A DNA stretch of 64,000 bases, taken from an uncultured virus (IMG/VR IMGVR_UViG_3300032287_001571). Lineage: Duplodnaviria > Heunggongvirae > Uroviricota > Caudoviricetes. The stretch is from IMG/VR virus record IMGVR_UViG_3300032287_001571; one strand, written 5' to 3'. Every line of letters starts with the position of its first letter. Position 1 is the stretch's first letter. Of the stretch, positions 28,284 through 36,829 are shown piece by piece. The position numbers and the translations under genes are program-made. The notes under the pieces were generated by a model. It was not told where the DNA came from. It worked only from the letters and a program-made list of their open reading frames with translations, and searched no databases.

Positions 28284-28646
28284 TCAGGAGTTCTTCAGGT
28301 AGGGCTTGCTGGGCTTGATGGTCTTGGCGACTGCGACCTCGTCGCTGTTGATGCGACCGACGAGGAGTTCGGCGTCAAGGCGAGCCTTGTCCACCTTCTC
28401 CACGATGATGCGCTTCCACTGTGCAGGGGTCAGCAGTTCCTTGAGCACCTCGTCGTTCCACGAGGTGGTGCTGGCGCTCACGAGCGTGAGGTTGCCGAGG
28501 CTGGTCTCCACCTTGGTGGTGTCCGAGGACTGGAGGCGCTTGATGAGCACCTCGTCGTGCTCCTTGAGACGCTCGGTCAGTGCGTCCAGTTCCTGCTTGA
28601 GGAGGATGCGCTCCTCGGCGAGTGTGTTGATGGTCTTGGTTGCCAT
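28284..28646 (-). CDS. hypothetical coiled-coil protein
   Basis: A/C-rich leader and AAGGAG SD. Confidence 0.7.
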   Translation of the reverse strand: MATKTINTLAEERILLKQELDALTERLKEHDEVLIKRLQSSDTTKVETSLGNLTLVSASTTSWNDEVLKELLTPAQWKRIIVEKVDKARLDAELLVGRINSDEVAVAKTIKPSKPYLKNS

Positions 28647-28702
28647 TGTTGGTTTCTCCTTTGGTTGGGTTTGGGTTGATGTTGTCAGATGGGTGTGTCG
28701 TG

Positions 28703-28915
28703 TCACCAGACCTGTGCGTCTTCTATCTGCGCATGGTCAAGTTCCACGGTGATGTCCTCGGCGGGGTGGTTGAAGTCGTCGGCGCTGGTGACCACGACAT
28801 TGAGCATCGCCTCCTCGGCGAAGTTCTGGATGGCCTCGTCGTCCCAGTCGTCGGGGACATTGGCCTGAATGGTCACCGACAGGTTGATGCTCTGTGTGAA
28901 TCTGATGGTCTTCAT
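28703..28915 (-). CDS. hypothetical protein
   Basis: AAGGAGAACAACCAATG start. Confidence 0.65.
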   Translation of the reverse strand: MKTIRFTQSINLSVTIQANVPDDWDDEAIQNFAEEAMLNVVVTSADDFNHPAEDITVELDHAQIEDAQVW

Positions 28916-28935
28916 TGGTTGTTCTCCTTGTGTGT

Positions 28936-29035
28936 GTGGTTGCTGGGCTTGCGCCCTGACGACACCGAGATGCCTGCTCGCACCTCGGTGCCCTCAGAGC
29001 GCCACCGCCGTAGCGGTGACGCCCCCGAGCACCAC
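28936..29035 (-). ncRNA. structured intergenic element, copy A (predicted 4-way junction)
   Basis: 27-nt core identical to 30670-30696; cUACGg and GCAA tetraloop hairpins. Confidence 0.65.
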
Positions 29036-29044
29036 CTCGGTTGG

Positions 29045-30586
29045 TCACCCCACCCAGTCGCTGAGCAGGGAGGACAGGAACGACGCATCCTCAGCGCCGA
29101 GGTCTTCACCGAAGCCGTCCAGAACGGCGGTGAGGTTCTCCTCCTTGGCGTTGAGAAGACCGAACATGCGGTCATCCAGCGTCATCTCCCCGTTCGCACG
29201 GGCACCAGTGAGGTGCCACGCCGTGACGGGGCGGTCTTGGGAGATGCGGTGGCACCTGTCCTCCGCCTGCTTCAGTTCGGCAGGCGTGAACGGGAGTTCC
29301 ACCGACATCCACTGGTTGGCACGGGTCAGCGTGAGACCGACGCCAGCGGACTGGTAGTTGCCGACGAAGATGTTGGCACTGCCTGACTGGAAGTCGTCCA
29401 CCGCCTTCTGCTTGGCATCGTCGCTCATGCCACCGACGACGGACACCACGCTCCAGCGGGGGTCAGTCTTGGCACGCTTGGCGCACTCGTCCACGATGGC
29501 ACCGATGACCGAGCGGTGGTGAGCGAACACCACGACTGGCTCGTCGGACTCCACGAGGGACTGGATGTGCTCCAAGGCGAAGTCAACCTTGGCCTTGCCG
29601 AGCGCCTGACGCATGGCGGTCAACTGGGTGATGGTCTCGGCACGGGATGCCTTGAGCACCGCCTCACGACCTCCACGGTCAAAGACCCAAGCGAGGAAGT
29701 CACGCTCAATGCGCAGGTACTCACGCAACTGGGAGTCGGTGAGCACCACGGGCAACTGGGCACGGCGCTTCGCAGGGAGTTCGGTGAGCACATCGTCCTT
29801 ACGGCGACGGACATAGCAGGTGCCACGCAACTTCTCGTGCAGTTCCGCACTGTTGGTGGAGCCGTTGAATGTCCAGCCGAAGTCGTTCTTGATGGGGTCG
29901 CAGTACCGCCACTTGAACGCACCAGCGCTCTTGAACACGGGCTGGAGCGAGCCGACGATGTCCAGCAGGCTGACCAGTTCCACGGGTCGGTTGACCGCAG
30001 GAGTGCCCGATGCCAGCACGACATAGCCGTCGTCACGCACGCCACGGGCGAGCCCGAGCAGTGCCTTGGTGCGCTTCGCCTTCTCGGTCTTGAAGCGGTG
30101 CGCCTCGTCCACGAGGATGGCACCGAACTTCACGCTCTCCAGCACGGGAGCCCACGGTGTGAGCACGGCATCGCCGATGATGACGACATCGGTGTCGGGC
30201 ACGCCGTTGGGCTTGGTGCCCTCCACGACATCGTGGGTCAGGTGCGGTGCGAACTGGGTCAGTGCACGGCGCCACATCTCACGCAGTGACGGCGGGCAGA
30301 CGACGAGCACCTTGTGACCCTCGGACTGTGCACGGACGGCGACGGCGATGAGTTGCGGGGTCTTGCCGAGACCCATCTCGTCACCGAGGATGACACGGCG
30401 CTGACGCAGGCAGTACGCCACGCCCGCACGCTGGTACGGGAGCAGGGGAAGTGCGAGGTCAAAGTCAAGGTCGGCATCGTGCGCCGACGAGAGCGAGGTG
30501 AGTTCAGGACAGATGTCGGATGAGTCCTTGGCGACACGGCTGGCGCCGTCCAAGAACTTCACGAGGTCGTCAAGAGCAGTTGACAT
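29045..30586 (-). CDS. SNF2/HARP-like helicase (second)
   Basis: GDEMGLGKT, VDEAH, SGTPAVNRP, GVGLTLT, QAEDRCHRI. Confidence 0.92.
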   Translation of the reverse strand: MSTALDDLVKFLDGASRVAKDSSDICPELTSLSSAHDADLDFDLALPLLPYQRAGVAYCLRQRRVILGDEMGLGKTPQLIAVAVRAQSEGHKVLVVCPPSLREMWRRALTQFAPHLTHDVVEGTKPNGVPDTDVVIIGDAVLTPWAPVLESVKFGAILVDEAHRFKTEKAKRTKALLGLARGVRDDGYVVLASGTPAVNRPVELVSLLDIVGSLQPVFKSAGAFKWRYCDPIKNDFGWTFNGSTNSAELHEKLRGTCYVRRRKDDVLTELPAKRRAQLPVVLTDSQLREYLRIERDFLAWVFDRGGREAVLKASRAETITQLTAMRQALGKAKVDFALEHIQSLVESDEPVVVFAHHRSVIGAIVDECAKRAKTDPRWSVVSVVGGMSDDAKQKAVDDFQSGSANIFVGNYQSAGVGLTLTRANQWMSVELPFTPAELKQAEDRCHRISQDRPVTAWHLTGARANGEMTLDDRMFGLLNAKEENLTAVLDGFGEDLGAEDASFLSSLLSDWVG

Positions 30587-30611
30587 GGTTGTTCTCCTTT
30601 TGTGTGGTTGC

Positions 30612-30703
30612 GGTGGGCAATGCTATCGCCCTCAGGGGGCACCAACACACTTTGTGCTGATGCCCCCTGAGAGCGCCACCGCCGTAGCGGTGACGCTCCC
30701 ACC
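30612..30703 (-). ncRNA. structured intergenic element, copy B (predicted 4-way junction)
   Basis: same core hairpin; second and third arms differ in sequence but still pair. Confidence 0.65.
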
Positions 30704-31378
30704 TCATGCTTTGCTGGCGCACTCGGGGCCGAGACCGAGCGCACGGGATGTCTCGTCGGTCAGGTGCCGACCGCACGCTCCGCACACTCCCAGTTCCCGA
30801 CCGTAGAGAGCCTGCGCCTCACGAGCCTGCTGGGGGGTCAGGGAGGCGAGACGCTCGGCGTGAGCCTTGGTCTCGGCGTGGGTCATGGTCTGGTCTGCAT
30901 GACCGCCGATGGTGCGGAGCAACTGCTTGGCACCGCCCTTGATGCGGACGATGAAGAAGTCAAGGTCGTTCGTGCCCTTGAGGTTCGGCAGTGCGTAGCG
31001 CCCGCACTCCACGGATGCCAGCCCCTGCGCCTCGTTGAAGCACTCGCCCTGCTTGTGGAAGTTCTCCCACTGGCGGTGGGCGACGGCGACGGCGAAGCCA
31101 GTGCCGACCTCCACCTTGCCACCGCACAGAGCACAGAATCCCTCACGCTTGTTGATGATGCTGTGCCCCTCGGGCAGGTGCGCACGCTCGGTGTCCACGG
31201 GCTTGGAGACCGCCTTGACCTTGTCAATGAATGCCGAGGCATCCCTGATGGTCAGGCTGTCAATGCCCTTGTCTCGGATGAATGCGTCAACATCGGTGAT
31301 GCCGAGCACCTCCTTGCGCTCCTCCAGCAGTTTGCGGAGGAACGACTGTTGCTTGGGTGTGATGGTTGATGTGGTCAT
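30704..31378 (-). CDS. DUF6011-like zinc-ribbon protein
   Basis: CGACGRHLTDETSRALGLGPECA; N-terminal TPKQQSFL. Confidence 0.75.
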   Translation of the reverse strand: MTTSTITPKQQSFLRKLLEERKEVLGITDVDAFIRDKGIDSLTIRDASAFIDKVKAVSKPVDTERAHLPEGHSIINKREGFCALCGGKVEVGTGFAVAVAHRQWENFHKQGECFNEAQGLASVECGRYALPNLKGTNDLDFFIVRIKGGAKQLLRTIGGHADQTMTHAETKAHAERLASLTPQQAREAQALYGRELGVCGACGRHLTDETSRALGLGPECASKA

Positions 31379-31584
31379 TGGTTGTTCTCCTTGTTCAGTG
31401 CATCGGGGCTGATGCAGTAGTCCTTGCCGAGGGTGCCGTGGCTGACGACGACACCGCCGACCTTGTCGCACTTGTCGCTGAATCGGCGCTCGTTCACTAT
31501 CACGACGGTGGCTACCGCCAGTGAGATGCCGATGATGATGCCGACCACCACCGAGGTGAGGTCTCGCTTGTCCTGCTGGTTCAT
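31375..31584 (-). CDS. small membrane protein
   Basis: TM helix followed by C...GG...C. Confidence 0.65.
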   Translation of the reverse strand: MNQQDKRDLTSVVVGIIIGISLAVATVVIVNERRFSDKCDKVGGVVVSHGTLGKDYCISPDALNKENNQ

Positions 31585-31600
31585 GGTTGCTCCTTTGATG

Positions 31601-31666
31601 TCTGATGACTCGTCAGCACGGGCACTCACCCGTGTACGCCCGAAGGCGTTTCGTCATGTCAGAGTG
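31601..31666 (-). ncRNA. type II hammerhead ribozyme HH-B
   Basis: minus strand: CACUC..AUGAC GAAAC GCC UUCG GGC GUA| CACGGG UGAGUG CCCGUG CUGACGA GUCAU CAGA; cleavage between 31635 and 31634. Confidence 0.9.
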
Positions 31667-31908
31667 GCTCGGTCATGCTCGCTCATGCAGACGAGGCACC
31701 ACACACTCACAGCGTCCTCGTTCAGCGCCCAGAACGGGGCGAAGGTCTTCTTGCTGTGCTCGTGCCTCACGCCGACCTGCTCCTTGCAGGAGTCGCACTC
31801 CCATGTCCACACGGCCCACTGCGGGTCGGCGACACCCTTGTTCCACTTGCGGACGAGAGCCTCGTCCACGATGAACGGCGAGAAGAATGGCTGGTAGTAG
31901 GTGGTCAT
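31654..31908 (-). CDS. small zinc-finger protein
   Basis: CDSC...CLVC; stop codon lies inside HH-B stem II. Confidence 0.6.
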   Translation of the reverse strand: MTTYYQPFFSPFIVDEALVRKWNKGVADPQWAVWTWECDSCKEQVGVRHEHSKKTFAPFWALNEDAVSVWCLVCMSEHDRATLT

Positions 31909-32072
31909 TGGATGTCCTCCGTCTTGATGGGGTTGAAGTGGTCGGTGTCCAGCAGTGCGTCGTGTGCGCACTGTGCGCACAGGTCAAAGGTGTAGAAGCC
32001 CTCGGGTCGGTACGACGAGGGCAGGTAGAGGCGCTTCCCCGCAGGGGAGTCGCAGGTCTGGCAGGTGGTCAT
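31905..32072 (-). CDS. small zinc-finger protein (not in ORF track)
   Basis: MTTCQTC...LCAQC; SD. Confidence 0.55.
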   Translation of the reverse strand: MTTCQTCDSPAGKRLYLPSSYRPEGFYTFDLCAQCAHDALLDTDHFNPIKTEDIQ

Positions 32073-32084
32073 GTTGGTTCCTTT

Positions 32085-32546
32085 CTATGACCATGCCGTC
32101 GGCAGGTCACATCGGTTGTACAGGGTGTGTAGAAGCGCTCCGTGCTCCACGGAGATGAAGCGACGAGCGAGACCGACGAATGTCGTGCGCCACTCGTCGT
32201 GGTGCCCCTCACCCGTCATGCAGATGAGGTGCGCCAGTTCGTGGCACAGGGTCAGCAGGTCAATGCTCGGGGTGGACACGACGATGGCGTGGTGCTCGTG
32301 TGAGGCGCAGGCAAGGAACCCACGCCCCACACGCTTGACGATGACCTCGGGAGCAACGAGGTCAAGGTCGGCACACACGCCGTCAATGAAAGTCTGCGCA
32401 TCGTCTGCGGTCACGACCCTGCTCGGCAGGGCGGACTTGACCACGGACTCCACGGCGTACACGAGGCGCTGGTGCTCGGGCATGGCGGAGCGGAACCGCT
32501 TCGCCACACCCTGCACCTCGGTGAGGTACTCGCTCACATGGCTCAT
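32085..32546 (-). CDS. HExxH zinc metallopeptidase (TIGR04338/Rv0185-like)
   Basis: QRLVYAVE...LCHELAH...GHHDEW. Confidence 0.75.
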   Translation of the reverse strand: MSHVSEYLTEVQGVAKRFRSAMPEHQRLVYAVESVVKSALPSRVVTADDAQTFIDGVCADLDLVAPEVIVKRVGRGFLACASHEHHAIVVSTPSIDLLTLCHELAHLICMTGEGHHDEWRTTFVGLARRFISVEHGALLHTLYNRCDLPTAWS

Positions 32547-33241
32547 CGTCCGAGCGCTCCGATGGCACCACGACCAACGCCACCCGACGAGAACGACGAG
32601 CCCGCCGAACGACCAGCGCTGTAGCCAGACGACGAGCGTGCGTACCAGCGGGACGACGTGGAGCGCAGTCCGTGCACCTGTGCACGCATCTCGTTCTCGG
32701 CACGCTTGAGCCTGTCCACGAGCACGAGCGACGACCCGCCCTCGGAGACGACCTGCTGGACGACATCACGGTTCGCCTTGCGGAGCGCCGATGCGACACC
32801 AGACTGGAAGCCCATCCACCACGAGTTGCGGAACGAGCGGTCACCCTTCGGGATGGTGCGCACGGCGAGCATCTCCACCGCCGACCAGAGGGTCTTGACT
32901 GCGAAGATGTCAGCCTTGGTGCCGTACAGGTGGAGCACGAAGCCGTCACGCTTGTGCTCGTCCCAACGCTTGGACTGGTACGCATCGCATGAGTTGAGGC
33001 GGGCGATGGTGTACGCCACCTGACGACGACGGACAGCCCACGCACCGCTGATGACGAGCGTGTCGGACACGATGTCCTCGGACTCAGCCGACGGCTCAAG
33101 CGCCGACTCGTCAAGGTTGTGCTTCGTGATGAGGCGGTGCGCCATGGCGAGCGCCGTCTCTGCTTCAGCCTGCGGTGTGTTCGGGTGGTTGGCACGGGCG
33201 AGAATCGCCTGCACTTTCTCAATGATGTTCTGGTCGGTCAT
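32543..33241 (-). CDS. DUF2786 family protein
   Basis: IIEKVQAILARANHPNTPQAEAETALAMAHRLITKHNL; FRNSWWMGF; GYSAG. Confidence 0.85.
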   Translation of the reverse strand: MTDQNIIEKVQAILARANHPNTPQAEAETALAMAHRLITKHNLDESALEPSAESEDIVSDTLVISGAWAVRRRQVAYTIARLNSCDAYQSKRWDEHKRDGFVLHLYGTKADIFAVKTLWSAVEMLAVRTIPKGDRSFRNSWWMGFQSGVASALRKANRDVVQQVVSEGGSSLVLVDRLKRAENEMRAQVHGLRSTSSRWYARSSSGYSAGRSAGSSFSSGGVGRGAIGALGR

Positions 33242-33287
33242 GTTGGTCTCCTTGTTGGTGGTGCTGGTTGTTGATGGTGATGGTCGG

Positions 33288-33521
33288 TCAGCGCTCGTTG
33301 ACGGTGCCACAGACGAGGCAGGTCACTTCGCCCTCGTGGTCAACCTCGTGGGGGTACTCGCCCTCGCAGGGCTTGCACTCGTCCCACACGACGTTCGGCA
33401 GGTCGTCACGGAGCGCCCACAATGCGTTGTGGACACCCTGTGCGCCGAACGCTTGGTACAGCATGTAGGCGAGGTCGTGGAGGGTGACTTCGTCACCGTG
33501 GTGGTCTGTGATGTTCTTCAT
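33288..33521 (-). CDS. small zinc-finger protein
   Basis: CKPC...CLVC. Confidence 0.65.
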   Translation of the reverse strand: MKNITDHHGDEVTLHDLAYMLYQAFGAQGVHNALWALRDDLPNVVWDECKPCEGEYPHEVDHEGEVTCLVCGTVNER

Positions 33522-33562
33522 GTGTGTTCTCCTTGGTTGTGTTGGTCGGTGGTCGGTTCTGG

Positions 33563-33892
33563 TCAGTCCCAGTACGAGGTGACGGGCTCAGAGATGGTGG
33601 CGAGACTGTAGCCCCACTCGTCCAGCAGGCTCACATGACCACGCCATGCGTCAGCATCATGGAATCTGCTTCGGATGTTGACGGCAGTCATGGTCTCGGC
33701 CTGTCGGATGGCATCGGACAGCGACTCGGCACGGAACGAGAAGTACCGCACCTTGTCGGTCGTGTAAGCGACGATGGTGTAGACGCTCGTGGGCTGTTCG
33801 GCGCACTTGGCGCAGACTCGGTCATCGCCGATGTAGATGCCCGCACCATCGGGGACTTCGGTGGGGCATCGGTCGCAGGTGTATTCGGTCAT
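33563..33892 (-). CDS. zinc-finger hypothetical protein
   Basis: CDRC...CAKC. Confidence 0.65.
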   Translation of the reverse strand: MTEYTCDRCPTEVPDGAGIYIGDDRVCAKCAEQPTSVYTIVAYTTDKVRYFSFRAESLSDAIRQAETMTAVNIRSRFHDADAWRGHVSLLDEWGYSLATISEPVTSYWD

Positions 33893-33914
33893 GTTGTTCT
33901 CCTTGGTTGTGTTG

Positions 33915-33984
33915 CTGACGACCCATCGTCAGGTGACACCCTGAGTGTCACGACCCCCGTGAGGGGGTTTCGGGTCTCGGTCAG
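33915..33984 (-). ncRNA. type II hammerhead ribozyme HH-C (extra U after the core)
   Basis: minus strand: CUGAC CGA GACCC GAAAC CCCC UCAC GGGG GUC| GUGACAC UCAGG GUGUCAC CUGACGA U GGGUC GUCAG; cleavage between 33952 and 33951. Confidence 0.85.
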
Positions 33985-34862
33985 TATCCCCTGATGACCT
34001 TGCGGACGAAGTACTCCACGGCGTGACCGAGGAGGTCTCGCACGGCGGAGTCGGAGTACAGGCTCCGCACCGTCTGCCCCACGGCGATGCCGATGGCTTC
34101 GTCCACGCCGATGACTCGGTTGACCTGAGCCTCGTCGCCACGCCACAGGTTCAGCGTGCCGTGGGTCTCCAGAGTGGTCGTGCCGACCACGGCGAGGAAC
34201 CTCTCGGCGATGTCCTTGACGAGCACCTGAACGGCGTGGTCTCGGTAGTTCTGTGCGAGGCTGTTGCCGAAGTGGCGCTCGGTGTCCACCTCGTCGGTGA
34301 ACTTGTTGACGAACTCCTGCACCAGTCCCACCGCCCACTTCTCACGGTCATTCAGGGGCTGTGCGTCCTTGAGGTAGGCGATGGTCTGGAGACGAGCCTC
34401 AGCCTTCTGCGCCCGCTCACGCCACTCGTCAATGGCGTTGTTGATGAACGCCACGGGGTTGAGGATGAAGTTCACCCGCCACTTGTCGTTGGTGGTGAAC
34501 TGCACCACCGTGACATCGTCGCCGTCACGGGTCACGGTGTACCCGCTGATGAACGACCACGACTCGTTGGCGATGTCGTACACGCCCTCGGTCAGCACCG
34601 AGAACCCCTCGTCCTTGCCGTGGTAGTCCTTCGGCTGAACCCTGTGCAGGTAGGACTTGACGAGGTCAAACAGGAAGTTCTGCTGGAGGATGAAGTGGAT
34701 GGCTCCCTCGTCGCTCCACGAGGTGGAGTCACCGACGGTGGCGGTGTAGTCGTCCTGCGCATCGGCGATGAGGGCGAGAGCCCGCTTGCCACGGTTGGTG
34801 CGCTTGTTGATGGTTCGGTTCTCGTTCTGCTTGAACGAGATGTCCTTGGTTGCTGTGCTCAT
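33981..34862 (-). CDS. hypothetical protein
   Basis: long ORF with (CAAC)n leader and SD. Confidence 0.75.
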   Translation of the reverse strand: MSTATKDISFKQNENRTINKRTNRGKRALALIADAQDDYTATVGDSTSWSDEGAIHFILQQNFLFDLVKSYLHRVQPKDYHGKDEGFSVLTEGVYDIANESWSFISGYTVTRDGDDVTVVQFTTNDKWRVNFILNPVAFINNAIDEWRERAQKAEARLQTIAYLKDAQPLNDREKWAVGLVQEFVNKFTDEVDTERHFGNSLAQNYRDHAVQVLVKDIAERFLAVVGTTTLETHGTLNLWRGDEAQVNRVIGVDEAIGIAVGQTVRSLYSDSAVRDLLGHAVEYFVRKVIRGY

Positions 34863-34915
34863 TGGTTGTTCTCCTTGGTTGTGTTGGTTGTTGGTTGTTG
34901 GTTGTTGGTTGGTCA

Positions 34916-35299
34916 TCACCACGGCTGGCGAGCGCCTCCGTACAGCAGGCGGTCAGCCTGCGCCTCGGCTTCGCTCACCTCGGCATCTTCGTTCGCTCGC
35001 TTCACAGCCCGCTCGTACTGCTCCAATGCGTCCTCGTAGTCGTCGGCGTGGTAGATGTCCGAGTCCTTGCCGTCCACGACGATGTGCTCCACCACGAACA
35101 TGACACGGCTCCATGTGCCGTTCTCCCGCTGGTAGTGGTAGCCCTTCTCACGGACGATGAGTTCCACGCAGTAGGAGTCTGCGTCGTGACGGTTGAGAAC
35201 CCTCTCGTCACCCGAGTAGGTGCCCGTGGGTTCCAGTTCAATGTCGTGTTCCTTCTCCCACTCCGACAGTTCGTGGTAGTCGTGGAATCGTGGTGCCAT
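34916..35299 (-). CDS. hypothetical protein
   Basis: SD immediately 3' of HH-D. Confidence 0.65.
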   Translation of the reverse strand: MAPRFHDYHELSEWEKEHDIELEPTGTYSGDERVLNRHDADSYCVELIVREKGYHYQRENGTWSRVMFVVEHIVVDGKDSDIYHADDYEDALEQYERAVKRANEDAEVSEAEAQADRLLYGGARQPW

Positions 35300-35319
35300 G
35301 TGGTTGCTCCTTGGTTGGT

Positions 35320-35381
35320 TGAGATGCCTCATCAGGCCGTGGTCTCTCACACCACGACTACGCCCCGCAGGGCGTTTCGGC
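35320..35381 (-). ncRNA. type II hammerhead ribozyme HH-D
   Basis: minus strand: GCC GAAAC GCCC UGCG GGGC GUA| GUCGUGGU GUGAGAG ACCACGGC CUGAUGA GGC A UCUCA; loop I UGAGA pairs with tail UCUCA; cleavage between 35359 and 35358. Confidence 0.92.
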
Positions 35382-35768
35382 TCACTTCCAGTACGAGACG
35401 ACGGGCTTCTCGCCCGCACCGACCAGCACCTTGTTGGCGCTGTTGATGGCGGTCTGGCATGCGTTCAGGGTCTTGCGCAGGTCGGCACGCCCGAAGGAGT
35501 CGTCGCTGTCGCACTCACGCAGGCACTCCTCGGCGTGCCAGAGGTAGTAGGCGACCTCCTTGGCGAACAGGCGTGCGCCCTCCACGGTCAGGTGAGCCTC
35601 GTAGGTGTGGGTGTGGTTCTTGCGACGCACGACGATGGGCGCTTCCCAGCAGGCGTTGAGCACCTGCTGTGTCTCGTCCATTTCGGCGATGGATTCGGCA
35701 TCCTCCACCCGTGCCTGCATCTCAGCAAGCACGAGGGAGGAGAACCTGACGGGATGGAATGTGGTCAT
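35382..35768 (-). CDS. hypothetical protein
   Basis: SD; stop abuts HH-D. Confidence 0.7.
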   Translation of the reverse strand: MTTFHPVRFSSLVLAEMQARVEDAESIAEMDETQQVLNACWEAPIVVRRKNHTHTYEAHLTVEGARLFAKEVAYYLWHAEECLRECDSDDSFGRADLRKTLNACQTAINSANKVLVGAGEKPVVSYWK

Positions 35769-35801
35769 GGTTGCTCCTTGGTTGTTGATGGTGAGGGTCG
35801 G

Positions 35802-36101
35802 TCAGTAGATGGCGCTGGGCTGGTCGTCCGAGATGAGCCACTTGGCGAAGGACTCGGACAACCCGCACTCCACGAGGAATGCTCGGTCTGCCTGTGCCTG
35901 TGCCAGCGTGTCTGCCTCCCAGTCCTCGGTGCTCTCGTGCGGGATGAGTGCATCCTTGACCTGAAGTGCCACCTGAGCGACCTCCAAGTAGTAGATGTTC
36001 TCGTCCATGTCGGGGTCGTCCCACCCTCCCATGTTGTGGTTCTGCACGATGTGGGCTTTCACGCCCTTGGCGATGCTCTTGCGGATGTCTTTTGCGTTCA
36101 T
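35802..36101 (-). CDS. hypothetical protein
   Basis: SD and A/C-rich leader. Confidence 0.65.
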   Translation of the reverse strand: MNAKDIRKSIAKGVKAHIVQNHNMGGWDDPDMDENIYYLEVAQVALQVKDALIPHESTEDWEADTLAQAQADRAFLVECGLSESFAKWLISDDQPSAIY

Positions 36102-36145
36102 GTGTGTGCTCCTTGGTTGGTTGGTTGGTTCTGGTCGGTGGTCGG

Positions 36146-36409
36146 TCAGAATCGGTCTGGGTAGATGGCGAGCACGCACCCGTAGTACGCCTCGCAGAAG
36201 ACGCCCTTCGGGCTCTCGGTGCTGTCCCAGCCGACAGCCCAGCAGTACGGGGCATCCCCGCCCTCCCAGCAGATGGCGGGGTGACCGCCCTCTGTCCAGT
36301 CGTAGATGAGGCTGGCATCGCTCAGGTCGTAGTGCTTGTACTTGCGCTGGAAGGCACGGAAGGTCGCTTCCGCCTGTCGCTTGGTGGCGTGCTTGGTTCG
36401 TGTGGTCAT
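36146..36409 (-). CDS. hypothetical protein
   Basis: ICWEGG..PYCWA...GVFCEAY. Confidence 0.65.
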   Translation of the reverse strand: MTTRTKHATKRQAEATFRAFQRKYKHYDLSDASLIYDWTEGGHPAICWEGGDAPYCWAVGWDSTESPKGVFCEAYYGCVLAIYPDRF

Positions 36410-36455
36410 GGGTGCTCCTGTCTGTGTGGGTGGTCGGTTGTTGATGGTGAACGGT

Positions 36456-36815
36456 TCAGGCGTAGACGACGGTGCCGAACACGAGGTTCTGCACGATGCA
36501 GTCGCCCTCGTCTGCGTCAATGTCTGCGTCGTCCACGAGGTCGTACACGGCGTAGCCGAGGTGGTCGCCCACGGCGGTGAAGATGCCGTTGACGGTCAGC
36601 AGGGTCGTGTCCGAGTACTCGCCCTCGTCGTCGGTCTCGGGGTTGCTGGACTCCAGCACGGCGAAGACCTCGTCGCCGTCGGCGGGCAGGTTGTCCCAGT
36701 CGTAGCCGTTGCGGTACGAGAGGGCTCCCCACCACGAGTACGACTCAAATGCCGAGCCGAGTACGGCGGAGACGATGTCACGCTTCTGCGTTGCGGTGAT
36801 GTTCTTGGTGCTCAT
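36456..36815 (-). CDS. hypothetical protein, first gene of the minus-strand operon
   Basis: AGGAAGGA SD; DADEGDCIVQ..VFG.VVY. Confidence 0.7.
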   Translation of the reverse strand: MSTKNITATQKRDIVSAVLGSAFESYSWWGALSYRNGYDWDNLPADGDEVFAVLESSNPETDDEGEYSDTTLLTVNGIFTAVGDHLGYAVYDLVDDADIDADEGDCIVQNLVFGTVVYA

Positions 36816-36829
36816 TGGTTGTTTCCTTC

